Below are positions 40,716-50,599 of a stretch of 64,000 nucleotides of DNA, one piece after another; position 1 is the first letter of the stretch, and each line of letters opens with the position of its first letter. Made by a program: the position numbers and the translations under genes. Source of the stretch: a virus. Location: IMG/VR virus record IMGVR_UViG_3300008448_012223, one strand, 5' to 3'. The notes beneath the pieces are model-generated. The model was not told the DNA's origin. It saw only the letters and a program-made list of their open reading frames with translations, and searched no databases.

Positions 40716-41762
40716 TTAGATAGAATCCCAACCGTCTACTACCTTAGCGGGGTTACGATACATAACACCACTCTCAAAGAAGTTATCTCGAGTGATAGAG
40801 TCCTCACCAGTAGTAGCGGCGAATCTATCGAGGTGGGCGTAGGGATTGCGGCTATACTGGCGCCCCTCGAATACAGTAGGTAAGCCTATTGCGCGGGCCC
40901 TAATATTACATAGATACTTAGCATATTGTTCGATAGTAGTAGCACTAATACCATTCACACCAAGTCCAATATGGAGACCCCATTCAATCTCATACTCGGC
41001 GGCCTTACGGAATAGATCCATAATCTCATCCGTATCCCACATGAGTGTACCCTCAGCTAGGCCGGTACGAATTATATTAGCGATTAATTTAAGGTGGGTC
41101 TGTTCATCACGCTCGATGAGCTTAATGATATCAGCTGTAGCGGACATATAACGCTCATTAGCTATAGCGTAGAATAAGCGGAAGCCAGGGAAGAAGTATA
41201 TACCCTCGAGTAAGAAGTCACTTACCATACTGATAGTATAATTCTCCATAGTCATCTCATGAATATACCTATCATAGAGATTCTGGATATACTCACAGCG
41301 CCTCAATAACACAGTATCCTCCCGCCATAACTCGTAGATGTAATCTCGCTTATCTGTGGGGATTACAGTCTCGATAATATATGCGTATGACTGAGAATGT
41401 ACCTGTTCCTGTGATAACTGCTCGCCCATACATATACTAACCTCAGGTGCAGTAATAACAGGCATAAGTAGCGGTAACACGCGAGTCTGTAGGCTATCTA
41501 AGAAAGTGAGATAGGATAACATACCATCGAAGGCCCGCCTCATATTAGGGGGCATCGTGACATAGTTATTAATATCAGGCGTGAGATCAGTGGCTTGAGG
41601 AATCCATATATTAGCCCTCATCTCTGTAAAGAGATGACTGGCCCATTTGTATTTGACATCCTTTAGATTAATGATATTAGTAGGGTTACCACCAAATAGT
41701 CTACGCTTCTGGGGGCTATCGTCACCATTGGGATTAAAGATAGGGGGGAGATGTACTTGCAT
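40716..41762 (-). CDS. nrdB: class Ia ribonucleotide reductase beta subunit
   Basis: FLDSLQ, EQVHSQSY, EGIYFFPGF, IERDEQTH di-iron ligands. Confidence 0.92.
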   Translation of the reverse strand: MQVHLPPIFNPNGDDSPQKRRLFGGNPTNIINLKDVKYKWASHLFTEMRANIWIPQATDLTPDINNYVTMPPNMRRAFDGMLSYLTFLDSLQTRVLPLLMPVITAPEVSICMGEQLSQEQVHSQSYAYIIETVIPTDKRDYIYELWREDTVLLRRCEYIQNLYDRYIHEMTMENYTISMVSDFLLEGIYFFPGFRLFYAIANERYMSATADIIKLIERDEQTHLKLIANIIRTGLAEGTLMWDTDEIMDLFRKAAEYEIEWGLHIGLGVNGISATTIEQYAKYLCNIRARAIGLPTVFEGRQYSRNPYAHLDRFAATTGEDSITRDNFFESGVMYRNPAKVVDGWDSI

Positions 41763-41766
41763 TAAT

Positions 41767-42561
41767 TTAACGTGGCTTAACCACGAATTGAGATGGCTCG
41801 GGCCCCTCTGCTTTCAACAATACGTGACTGCTAGGTACGGTAGTATTGGCAGTAGAGCACAGTATATGAAGAGTATCAGCAGTTAAAGGTAACGAGGCAT
41901 GTCTCTCAATTAATAAACTTTGGAGGGGCACTTCTAGTAGGAAATCCTCTATCTCTTCTAGAGTGGCATAACGCTGCTGATCTATAAAATATAGATCATA
42001 TATCAGGAATATACCACTGTATCTACCCCATACTACTAGATCTCCGCCCCATGCGCGCATACACGCTGATATAGTCGTGGTATCATAATCAACACTTATA
42101 GGGCCAGAACCAAATACACCATCTATGACGTATAGAGCGCAGTCTTGACCGGGGGGTAACTCATACCAACTGTACATACCCAGGGCCCGCGCCTTACTAT
42201 AATCACTGCACTCGGTAAGGCGCGGGGCAGGTATAATAGCAGGCAGAGTCGTAGTAGGATAATCAATAGCTAGTTCCTGACTGACATCGTGTCCTAGTTG
42301 ATAATTAATAAAATTAAGAGGGGTCTGTAATATTAACCCCTGGCTAGTATATCCATTGTAACTACGTATCTTAACTCTATAGCCGGGCTTATAGGGCCCT
42401 AGCCCATTCCGTAGAATAGAGCCAGGAGCCACATAAATACATAGACTACCGACTGCAAACAGTCCGCGTTGTACTATCACCTGGCGATGCTTAACTATAG
42501 CCAGCTCTATTGTATTGCCGAGAGGGCGGAGGGCGCGTATCTCATCAATATAAGCGTGCAT
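41767..42561 (-). CDS. RNA-ligase (DRB0094)-like protein, catalytic part diverged
   Basis: N-terminal VGSLCIYVAPGSIL...SQGLI pattern. Confidence 0.5.
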   Translation of the reverse strand: MHAYIDEIRALRPLGNTIELAIVKHRQVIVQRGLFAVGSLCIYVAPGSILRNGLGPYKPGYRVKIRSYNGYTSQGLILQTPLNFINYQLGHDVSQELAIDYPTTTLPAIIPAPRLTECSDYSKARALGMYSWYELPPGQDCALYVIDGVFGSGPISVDYDTTTISACMRAWGGDLVVWGRYSGIFLIYDLYFIDQQRYATLEEIEDFLLEVPLQSLLIERHASLPLTADTLHILCSTANTTVPSSHVLLKAEGPEPSQFVVKPR

Positions 42562-43124
42562 TAGTCTTGGGGTGCCTTAGATTCTACATTCGTGATTAAG
42601 CTCAACTCCTCCTTGAACTCGGCGGCTAGTTCTTGAAGCTCATCATTGAGCTCCTCCTCCTCCTCCTCGTCGTCATAATCAAATAACTCGAGTACCTCAG
42701 TACTAGCAAGGCCCATTGAATTAGTAAACTTAGCATAGGCCTTCTGCCCATCCGGGTCAGCTACTGTACGAGGGAGGGCCTTATAAACTAGGGCACGGAG
42801 AGCCTGAAAGTCATCTCGACTGAGGATATTAAACTCGAATTCGGGGGGCTCTGGTAACTCGATAGTTAGTAGAATATCACGCAATAGAGCTAACTGAAGG
42901 GGCACATTACGACGGGTACCACGTACAACATCTAGTAGAGTCTTACGCTCTAGTCTGTCATAGAAGGCTGTAGTAGCTAGTTCAGGTGTCTTATCCCCGG
43001 CTGCTACTGAGTTAATGAGAGTAGTGACATAATCCTCTGCACCGAGTAGGCTGATAGCAACATTAGTAGTTACTACCTTATCGGCGACCATATTAAAGAC
43101 GTTACGTACGAGTTGATTATCCAT
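42561..43124 (-). CDS. hypothetical acidic protein
   Basis: ORF with GGAG RBS. Confidence 0.55.
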   Translation of the reverse strand: MDNQLVRNVFNMVADKVVTTNVAISLLGAEDYVTTLINSVAAGDKTPELATTAFYDRLERKTLLDVVRGTRRNVPLQLALLRDILLTIELPEPPEFEFNILSRDDFQALRALVYKALPRTVADPDGQKAYAKFTNSMGLASTEVLELFDYDDEEEEEELNDELQELAAEFKEELSLITNVESKAPQD

Positions 43125-43166
43125 ATATCTCCAGATAAAAAAGGGGGCGGGGCCCCCAAGTAGGTG

Positions 43167-43373
43167 TTAGTGATTAGGTGGGGTCGTTGGTTCTAGACCC
43201 CAATTCTTCTTGATGATAGCCGCGAATAGATTATCTCTAAGCATTGCTTGCTTCACCACATCCTTGAGCATATGGCGGGCCTGCTCTAGCGACATCTTAT
43301 CAATAGTATCTGACGTAGCGCGCAGCCGTAATTCTTGCTCAAGTGTTAGTGAATTTGTATCCTTTGTATCCAT
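43167..43373 (-). CDS. nblA: phycobilisome degradation protein NblA
   Basis: LTLEQELRL...IDKMSLEQARHML...Q.M..DNLF..IIK; likely start at MDTK after GGAG. Confidence 0.85.
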   Translation of the reverse strand: MDTKDTNSLTLEQELRLRATSDTIDKMSLEQARHMLKDVVKQAMLRDNLFAAIIKKNWGLEPTTPPNH

Positions 43374-43389
43374 TGGTACTTCTCCTAGT

Positions 43390-46374
43390 TTAACTAGCGC
43401 AGGAATGGCACTCATTCTTCTCAGTTACCTTATCCTGCCATATACTCCGCACGTAATATAATGTCTTGAGGCCCTCACGCCACGCCTGCAGATAGACATC
43501 ATTTAGATCCTTAGCAGTGATTACGGAGTCGAGGCCATAGGCGTGTTCATTGAAGTTGAATAACAACTCAGTGCTAAGACCAGTATCTATCCATTTCTGA
43601 ATAGTTGCTGCAGCAGAGACTACGACACTGGGATGAGTATGGCGGCTCTCCTGATAAAAGTGAAATGCCTCCTTGATATAGAGCGGGACTATGGTATTAA
43701 TACCAGCCCCATTCTTATCAATGGTAAGGCGAGAGAAGACAGGTAAGAAGGAGGCCGTGGTGCCCTGTACCAACGAGGTGCTGGAGTTAGGAGCAGTAGC
43801 CAGGATGTGAGAATTACGAATACCCGATACGATTATACGCTCCATGAGGGCGTACCATCTCTCGGGGTCGGCGCTATTATCGCTGACCCATTCCTTATCG
43901 CGACCACCCAGGATAAGGCCCTTACTCCACTCACTACCAGGGAATGCAGGGTAGGCCCCCCGCTCCTCTGCTAGTTCTACACTAGCCTGAGTAGTATAGA
44001 AGCAGATGTCTTCGAATAGTTTCTCTATGACATCGAGATCCTGATACTTAAGGTGTCTAATAGCTAACCAGTCAGCTAGTCCCATGACACCTACGCCTAT
44101 GGTACGATAGCGGTTCACATGAGCGCGGGCCTCAGGAGTAGGGCTAGTAGTGAGATCACATGCGGCATCTAATAAGCGAACAGCCATACGGCTAACATCA
44201 GCCATCTCATCGTCAACAATACGAGGTAATACTAACGATAGAAGTATACAGCAGTGTGAGTAGCCGCTATTAAATAAACTATATGACTCGACGCAATTGC
44301 CTGTAAGCACTCCATTGAACATGAGCAGGTTACGCTTAGGTTCGTGGGCGCAATACGTATTATCGTGACGACCAGTGAGCTCTACCTCCTTGATAGTTAT
44401 GTAATTAGTATTGTCATACTTAGGTTTAATAGCTATCCACTGAAGGCGATTAGTTCGTAGGCCTAGTTGGTATAACTGATATACTCCGTACCTATCAATT
44501 AATAAGCAGAACTTCTCCTGACGACGCCGAAGCCCTGCCTTATACCGGAGGAAAACCTCAGAGTCCACTCCAAGCGTCTGTAGCATGAGCCGCACTTGTA
44601 ATAGGAAGGGCTTACTGGTATGCGTTATTCTGAAGGTTTGGAAGCTATTATAAGTACCATCAGAATCAAGCAGCCTAGCCAACCACTCTAATCGGGTCTG
44701 AATAGTATAACCATTAATGGGAACAGTTAACTCATTAGGGAGGTCTACATCGCTATCAGAAGACACAAATGGCAGGTCGGACTTAATGAGCTTATCACCT
44801 ATATCGAGATCGCGGGCCTCGACAATATCTATCCCATTACGACGCTGTACGTGAAACTTATGGTAGTAGGTACAGTCAAGAGTTTCTCCATTACTGAAGT
44901 GGACTCGTAGGAGAGGTTGATTCTCCCCTGTCTGGCGTACCGTTACCTCACTCCACTCACTACCGTTCCAAGCGTTGACTACCTGCCCTGCTAGGGTAGC
45001 GATAGGTAGGTGGCCCCGGTCAGTCATAAGAAGTGTCTCAGGGGCTACGCATAGATTTACTCCACCGATGATACCCTCATGCTTATTAGGATTAAACGCA
45101 TTAATGCGGTCTTTAAAAGCCACGTAAGGAGTACCTGTCTCAAGTAGGAGCATCAGCATCTTCTTCCATATAGCCTTAGCGCTGACCTTCTTAACTACGT
45201 CGAGCGGAGGAGCGGAGGAGTTGATATAGGCCTCGATGACGTGATAGGCATCAGTAAATTCATCGCCGTACATATCGGCTAATTGATATCCAAATACATT
45301 CTTGATCTCAGTAGGGCACACTAGGTACCAGTCCTTATCTAGAATTACACGACGCATGAACTCATCAGAGATAATGAATTGCAGCAGGATATCACGAGCC
45401 TTCGTATGCTCACTACCAGCATCACCCCGCAGGTCCATGTACTCAAGGAGGTCAGCATGCCATACGTCTATACCTACGGTACAGGCTCCTGCGCGTACAC
45501 CACGTTGATTAGTAGCGACGATGGTAGCATTGATAATCTTAATCCAAGGGCATACACCACCACTGGCACCCTTCTTCTTACGAATGCGACTACCACGGGC
45601 CCGCACCTTACTAATGCGTACGCCCACTCCACCGCCATTAGCACTCATCGCTGCTAGCTGAGAGATATTATCGAAGATACTCTCGCGACTATCATCGATA
45701 TCGATAATATGACAACTACTGAGGCTACCATCGGCCTGACGCAGGTTACTCATAAGAGGAGTGGCCAGGCTGATCTTACCGAGGCTGAGTAGGTCATAGG
45801 TCTTATGAGCAAAGGTCATGCGCTCGTGGGCGGGCTCCAGCATACTGAGGAGTAGTGCCTGTGTTAGCCACATCTCCTGTAGTAACTCACCCTCTAGTAG
45901 ATAACGCGCTGTGAGTAGATCAGCGCCGCTTATATCAAAGCGCATATCGCGCTCTGGGTCTATCCAGGTGCCGGCTTCAGCAATGTCATCAGCACTATAC
46001 GTGTCTAAGAACTTCTTTATTAGGTCTCCTTCATAGAGGCCCTCAGACCTCAGGTACTCGAAGGCCACTGGATAATTACCATAGAGATAGCCGCGGCGGG
46101 CCTTAACCTTACGCCGCCAATCCCACATACGAAGACGACCACTGACCTTCAGCCAATCAGGATAATGCAAATCGGCTAATTCAGCTGCTGATCTAATCAG
46201 ACCATTCTGTATTGCTTCTGTAGTGGTATCATCATTGAAGCGACGACTAAGTCGCCGAGATAACTTATCGGGGTCTACATCTAGGCCCTCGCAGGCCCAG
46301 TTAATTACCTCGATAGCGCGATTGGCATCATAGGGGGTACGAGTACCATCTGTGTGTATAACGTTGATTTGCAT
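43390..46374 (-). CDS. nrdA: class Ia ribonucleotide reductase alpha subunit containing an intein
   Basis: SLATP, LSSC, NGGGVG, NL|C.E, TAPNSSTS. Confidence 0.92.
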   Translation of the reverse strand: MQINVIHTDGTRTPYDANRAIEVINWACEGLDVDPDKLSRRLSRRFNDDTTTEAIQNGLIRSAAELADLHYPDWLKVSGRLRMWDWRRKVKARRGYLYGNYPVAFEYLRSEGLYEGDLIKKFLDTYSADDIAEAGTWIDPERDMRFDISGADLLTARYLLEGELLQEMWLTQALLLSMLEPAHERMTFAHKTYDLLSLGKISLATPLMSNLRQADGSLSSCHIIDIDDSRESIFDNISQLAAMSANGGGVGVRISKVRARGSRIRKKKGASGGVCPWIKIINATIVATNQRGVRAGACTVGIDVWHADLLEYMDLRGDAGSEHTKARDILLQFIISDEFMRRVILDKDWYLVCPTEIKNVFGYQLADMYGDEFTDAYHVIEAYINSSAPPLDVVKKVSAKAIWKKMLMLLLETGTPYVAFKDRINAFNPNKHEGIIGGVNLCVAPETLLMTDRGHLPIATLAGQVVNAWNGSEWSEVTVRQTGENQPLLRVHFSNGETLDCTYYHKFHVQRRNGIDIVEARDLDIGDKLIKSDLPFVSSDSDVDLPNELTVPINGYTIQTRLEWLARLLDSDGTYNSFQTFRITHTSKPFLLQVRLMLQTLGVDSEVFLRYKAGLRRRQEKFCLLIDRYGVYQLYQLGLRTNRLQWIAIKPKYDNTNYITIKEVELTGRHDNTYCAHEPKRNLLMFNGVLTGNCVESYSLFNSGYSHCCILLSLVLPRIVDDEMADVSRMAVRLLDAACDLTTSPTPEARAHVNRYRTIGVGVMGLADWLAIRHLKYQDLDVIEKLFEDICFYTTQASVELAEERGAYPAFPGSEWSKGLILGGRDKEWVSDNSADPERWYALMERIIVSGIRNSHILATAPNSSTSLVQGTTASFLPVFSRLTIDKNGAGINTIVPLYIKEAFHFYQESRHTHPSVVVSAAATIQKWIDTGLSTELLFNFNEHAYGLDSVITAKDLNDVYLQAWREGLKTLYYVRSIWQDKVTEKNECHSCAS
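44296..45051 (-). mobile_element. intein (252 aa) at the RNR active-site NL/C junction, with a partial LAGLIDADG region
   Basis: Starts CVAPET, ends LTGN followed by C; block B TLDCTYYHKF; WLARLLDSDG. Confidence 0.9.
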
Positions 46375-46375
46375 A

Positions 46376-46810
46376 CTATTGTTGCTGGCTGCCTCTTATG
46401 CTATTTAATAGGTCGAGCCGTTCATGCTCTCCTGTAATATCCTCAATAGACAGGTCCCCACCTCTTCCGAACTCGTCCTCTAGTGTGCTATCTACAATAG
46501 CTAGTCGTCCTTCAAATAGAGATGGAGCACTAGTAGGAGTATAATCGTTAATCCTCATATCAGCATCACTGCCTATATCACCGTGCCCATCAGTATAATG
46601 GCGCGGGGCACTATAGAAAATGTCATTCCTAGATTGCTGGGGCGTATAGCCCGCATCCTTAAGATGCTTATTCATATACTCACTGATAACATGCAGAGCC
46701 TGCTTGAGACTAGCTATACTGCTTGTCAACTCCGATAGCGTCATATTCGCTAATTGTTTCTGATTCGGTGGTGTCACCTTATACTGAGGTTGTGTTGTCT
46801 TATTTGTCAT
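46376..46810 (-). CDS. hypothetical protein
   Basis: ORF. Confidence 0.55.
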   Translation of the reverse strand: MTNKTTQPQYKVTPPNQKQLANMTLSELTSSIASLKQALHVISEYMNKHLKDAGYTPQQSRNDIFYSAPRHYTDGHGDIGSDADMRINDYTPTSAPSLFEGRLAIVDSTLEDEFGRGGDLSIEDITGEHERLDLLNSIRGSQQQ

Positions 46811-47877
46811 ACATACTCACTAATTGTTTCTGAGTCGGTGTCATCAACTTGTATTGCTGCGCTGTCTTGTTTATCATACTCTGACAACTGACTGTAAATA
46901 GAATCTAGCATACTCTGGTTAATACCAGCACGAACTGCTGCTAGGCCCTGGAACTTAGAACCATCAGGTAGGGTATAGAAGGCCCCACTACGAGTAACTA
47001 TACCAGTCTTAACGGCCTGACGTACGATGTCGCCCACTAGATCCACACCCGCCAGCAGATTTCCATTGGGACCTGCATAGGGTAATAGTAAATCTAACTC
47101 TGCCTCACGAAAGGGGATAGCTACTCTATTCTTAGTGTTCTTGACTGTAATAGTCATGCCGGTTATAACGCCCCGCTGCTTAAGGGGATCTCCTCGTCCT
47201 AGCCGCAGTTGTACGGCAGCATTATAGGCCAGGGCCTTACCACCAGTGGAGCCGACGGGGGCCCCATAACTACCTACCTTAGTGCGATACTGATTAATCA
47301 ACACTACGGTAGCACCAGTCTTACTAGCAGCATTGACTACTTGAGGTAACTTCTTACTAAGCAGACGGGCCAATTGAGCAACAGTAGCATCAGCAGAGCC
47401 CTTCTCTATCTCAACAGCGGATATCATATTCGCTACTGAATCAATAACGACTATTTTGACTAGACCACCGTCTAATAGAGTAATAAGACTATCCATGCCC
47501 TCCTCCCCTGTATCGGGGCGGAACATGGCTATCTGGTCCATCTTCATACCCATCATCCTGGCATAACCAACCTCGAATGACTTCTCGTGATCTAACCACG
47601 CTGCCATGTATCCCTTAGCCTGTAATAGACTAACGCACTGTTTCATAAGTGTGGTCTTACCTACACTAGTCTCACCTGCAATCTCTACTATTTTACCTAC
47701 GGGCCACCCGCCTCCCAATACATAGTCCAATGAGAATATACCACTGGGTATAAAAGTAGTAGGCTCGATAGAACTAGTAGAGCCAAGGCCCCCCATGTAA
47801 TTAGAGCACTTTGCTCTAAGCTTATTGTCCAGCTCTCGAGCAAGCTTAAGTTGCTCTGAGATCTCATTCTTAGCCAT
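46807..47877 (-). CDS. recA: RecA-family recombinase
   Basis: LDYVLGGGWP.G.IVEIAGETSVGKTT, VIDSVA, INQYR, GGKAL. Confidence 0.93.
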   Translation of the reverse strand: MAKNEISEQLKLARELDNKLRAKCSNYMGGLGSTSSIEPTTFIPSGIFSLDYVLGGGWPVGKIVEIAGETSVGKTTLMKQCVSLLQAKGYMAAWLDHEKSFEVGYARMMGMKMDQIAMFRPDTGEEGMDSLITLLDGGLVKIVVIDSVANMISAVEIEKGSADATVAQLARLLSKKLPQVVNAASKTGATVVLINQYRTKVGSYGAPVGSTGGKALAYNAAVQLRLGRGDPLKQRGVITGMTITVKNTKNRVAIPFREAELDLLLPYAGPNGNLLAGVDLVGDIVRQAVKTGIVTRSGAFYTLPDGSKFQGLAAVRAGINQSMLDSIYSQLSEYDKQDSAAIQVDDTDSETISEYV

Positions 47878-47960
47878 ATTTATATCTCAATAAGTTGACA
47901 CTCCGCTCACGCGCGCCGCTGTGTAAAGACTAATCACATAGCCAGAGAGCGCGCGGGGCT

Positions 47961-48464
47961 CTATCTATAATTGTGAGCCTCTACCGTATCTACAGACAAC
48001 ATACCATTAAGTGGGGATATCACTGTATGTTTATGCGGCGTGAATAAACTCGACATAACTATAGTAACCAGAAGGATTACTATAGTCTCAAGATCAAACC
48101 AATGGCGACGGCGATACCTAGATAAGCTAATGCTCTTATAAATAGGCACAACGTCATATAATACCATGTCCCCTACCACCATGTCTTCTACGCGGCGCAG
48201 GAACAGGGCAAGGCTATTCGTCTTACTTACGTCCTCCTGCACAGAGATGAGCCTATATACAGCAGGCAAGGATATAACAGGTATATCCCTTGCGCCATTA
48301 GTATCAGTAATAGTGAAGGTAGCGCACTCTTTAGGATCTAGCACCTCTGTGCTACGGAGGCCTAATACATTGAGTATGTCGTCCTTTACAAACCAGGGTT
48401 GCTTACATTTGATGATCACCCGTATTACGGTACTATTAAAGATGTAAGTTCTTATGTTAGGCAT
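47961..48464 (-). CDS. BRO-N domain protein
   Basis: FNST.IRVI...QPWFVK.D...VLG. Confidence 0.75.
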   Translation of the reverse strand: MPNIRTYIFNSTVIRVIIKCKQPWFVKDDILNVLGLRSTEVLDPKECATFTITDTNGARDIPVISLPAVYRLISVQEDVSKTNSLALFLRRVEDMVVGDMVLYDVVPIYKSISLSRYRRRHWFDLETIVILLVTIVMSSLFTPHKHTVISPLNGMLSVDTVEAHNYR

Positions 48465-48547
48465 GGTTTATTAGATTACAGGCTATGGGATGAAGAGCCT
48501 ACCATTAACCATTATTCTTTATGTGGTCTAATAGAGCCATAATTAGC

Positions 48548-48979
48548 CTAATTAGTAAACCTTGGTTTTACCCATAACACCGCTCCAGTCATCCAGGCAG
48601 GTGCCCAACGTAGAATCGCAAGCCCGGGCCACTTCATCTGCAGAGCTCGTAGCTCCGCAGATGATAATACTGGCTCCTCCTGCCCCTCGTATCTGTAGTA
48701 TACCTTTTCATCATTGTTGTAAGTTAGTGCGTGGGTTTTATTATCCATGTTGCGGATAGATATCAACCACTTCTCGAAATCATCCGTAGGGCAATTATTA
48801 TCCTCTAGAATTACAGCTAGATCATCTGCTGATACCCATAGTCTATCTGACTTTATGAGCTTTGAGTAAATACTACAATTAAGCACCTCCTTTAAAGACA
48901 CAGCGTCAATATACACATTACTGCTATCAGCTAGTCCGTATACAACCCCGTTATTATAAGTTGCTTTTAATTCTTCCAT
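48548..48979 (-). CDS. hypothetical protein
   Basis: ORF with AAGGAG RBS; its 5' 70 bp are duplicated at 50059-50128. Confidence 0.6.
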   Translation of the reverse strand: MEELKATYNNGVVYGLADSSNVYIDAVSLKEVLNCSIYSKLIKSDRLWVSADDLAVILEDNNCPTDDFEKWLISIRNMDNKTHALTYNNDEKVYYRYEGQEEPVLSSAELRALQMKWPGLAILRWAPAWMTGAVLWVKPRFTN

Positions 48980-49258
48980 GTTGCTCCTTGATATGATAAT
49001 TTTAATCCAGGGATACCTCGGTCTTCAAACTGAGTTTTCCATTTACCAATAAAACTTAGAGAGTGCTATCGTAAAGCTTTCTGGGAATGCCCTAGAAAGT
49101 CCTGCGTAAATGTATCAGACATTGAGTATGGGGGCGACCGCCGGTTAAGATACAAGGTTTTTGAGCCACCAGCTTGAAAATCTTGCAGCTGTTTGGTCAA
49201 ACAGGCCGCCAAACCCCCTTACCCTGTATATATTTCACATATATTTAGCCAACCCTAC

Positions 49259-49942
49259 CTAAATCTCTGCAAAAATTGCCCCTCGTCGAATTAAATCTTG
49301 TTTTTGTTCAGGGGTGATCCCCGTTGCATCGATAAAGATAGCGTTTTCAACGCCAGCCCCACTCAGGTCGGCCCCACTCAGGTTAGTACTACTTAGGTTA
49401 GCCCCACTCAGGTTAGCCCTCCACAGGTCAGCCCCACTCAGGTCAGCCTCACTCAGGTCAGTCTCACTCGGTTTAACCCCCCACAGGTTACCCCTTCTCA
49501 GGTCAGCCCCACTTAAATCAACTTGTTGTAGAGTTGTCTTATCGATTGTTCCCTCTCGAATTGTTTTAATTAATTCGGCTTTTTCAATAACTTTTGCATC
49601 TGTAGTGAACTCGACTTTTGTGACAACAATTTCGGGCATATCGTCTGGTTTAAGTTTATTGAGAAGGGCTTGCAATTCCCCCGATTGATGTAAATTTGCT
49701 AGGCGCTGGAGTCCACCTTCTGAACCTTCTAAAAATAGCTGAATAGTGCCTTTAAGTTTCACAATAGAAATCATTCCTTTTTGCTCTGTTTGTGGATTTA
49801 GTTTGACCAGTTTAGCATTCTTGAAAAATTCATCATCTAGAAGAGGAATATCTGAATAATCAATATTCTCATCAGAAATTTGCATAAATTTCTCTTGTTG
49901 CTCTTTAAGAGGCGTATCAAGGGAAAATTCAGGGTTGCTCAT
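49259..49942 (-). CDS. BrnA-like N-terminus fused to a pentapeptide-repeat domain
   Basis: IDYSDIPLLDDEFFKNAK; A(D/N)LSG repeats. Confidence 0.75.
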   Translation of the reverse strand: MSNPEFSLDTPLKEQQEKFMQISDENIDYSDIPLLDDEFFKNAKLVKLNPQTEQKGMISIVKLKGTIQLFLEGSEGGLQRLANLHQSGELQALLNKLKPDDMPEIVVTKVEFTTDAKVIEKAELIKTIREGTIDKTTLQQVDLSGADLRRGNLWGVKPSETDLSEADLSGADLWRANLSGANLSSTNLSGADLSGAGVENAIFIDATGITPEQKQDLIRRGAIFAEI

Positions 49943-50058
49943 AGCGTTTATCTCCCGTTTATTGGCTTTTCTGGCTGATATGAGACGAATGCTTTAACTA
50001 CGATGATCACTTTCTTTTCTTGGGTGGCAAGTATTATTTGTCCTATTGAAGCAAATCT
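49943..50058 (-). pseudogene. BrnT toxin C-terminal remnant
   Basis: RFASIG...KVIIVV, then a frameshift to SIRLISARKANKRE. Confidence 0.65.
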
Positions 50059-50187
50059 ATTACTGCTATCAGCTAGTCTATATACAACCCCGTTATTATA
50101 AGTTGCTTTTAATTCTGTCATGATGCTCGTGTGTTTGGCCCAGCTCAAGCTGGGCCAAACTAATTAACCTTATTATTACCTTGGCTT

Positions 50188-50592
50188 CTATAGGGCAGCG
50201 AGACGCTGCTCTAATTCTTCGATACTCTCTTCAGCGAGAAGATCATTCTTCTTACGCTCAATGAGGGCCAGTAAGTTTTGCCGATTCTCCTCTTTAGCAC
50301 GGGTCTGCTTAGCAGTCTCAGCGCGGCCCTTAACATGAGCAATGACAAATTTGACTATGTCGAGCTTTCTTTGTAAGAGAGTAATCTCATCGCTACCATC
50401 AATGAAGTCTACGCAGCCGCAGGCTGCGATACGCATGTTAAGCTCATTAGCAATAGCATTAAGAGTGGGCGTATTGGTTGATTTAGTAGACCTGAGATTA
50501 AGACGGAATAGATCCTCAAGCGTGAGGTCACCGCTAACAGAGGGAAAGCGGTACCGGGCATAGAGAGCATCAATAATAATATTGAGTTCCAT
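50188..50592 (-). CDS. conserved phage coiled-coil protein
   Basis: RFPS..G.LTLEDLF.L pattern. Confidence 0.6.
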   Translation of the reverse strand: MELNIIIDALYARYRFPSVSGDLTLEDLFRLNLRSTKSTNTPTLNAIANELNMRIAACGCVDFIDGSDEITLLQRKLDIVKFVIAHVKGRAETAKQTRAKEENRQNLLALIERKKNDLLAEESIEELEQRLAAL

Positions 50593-50599
50593 AGTTCCT

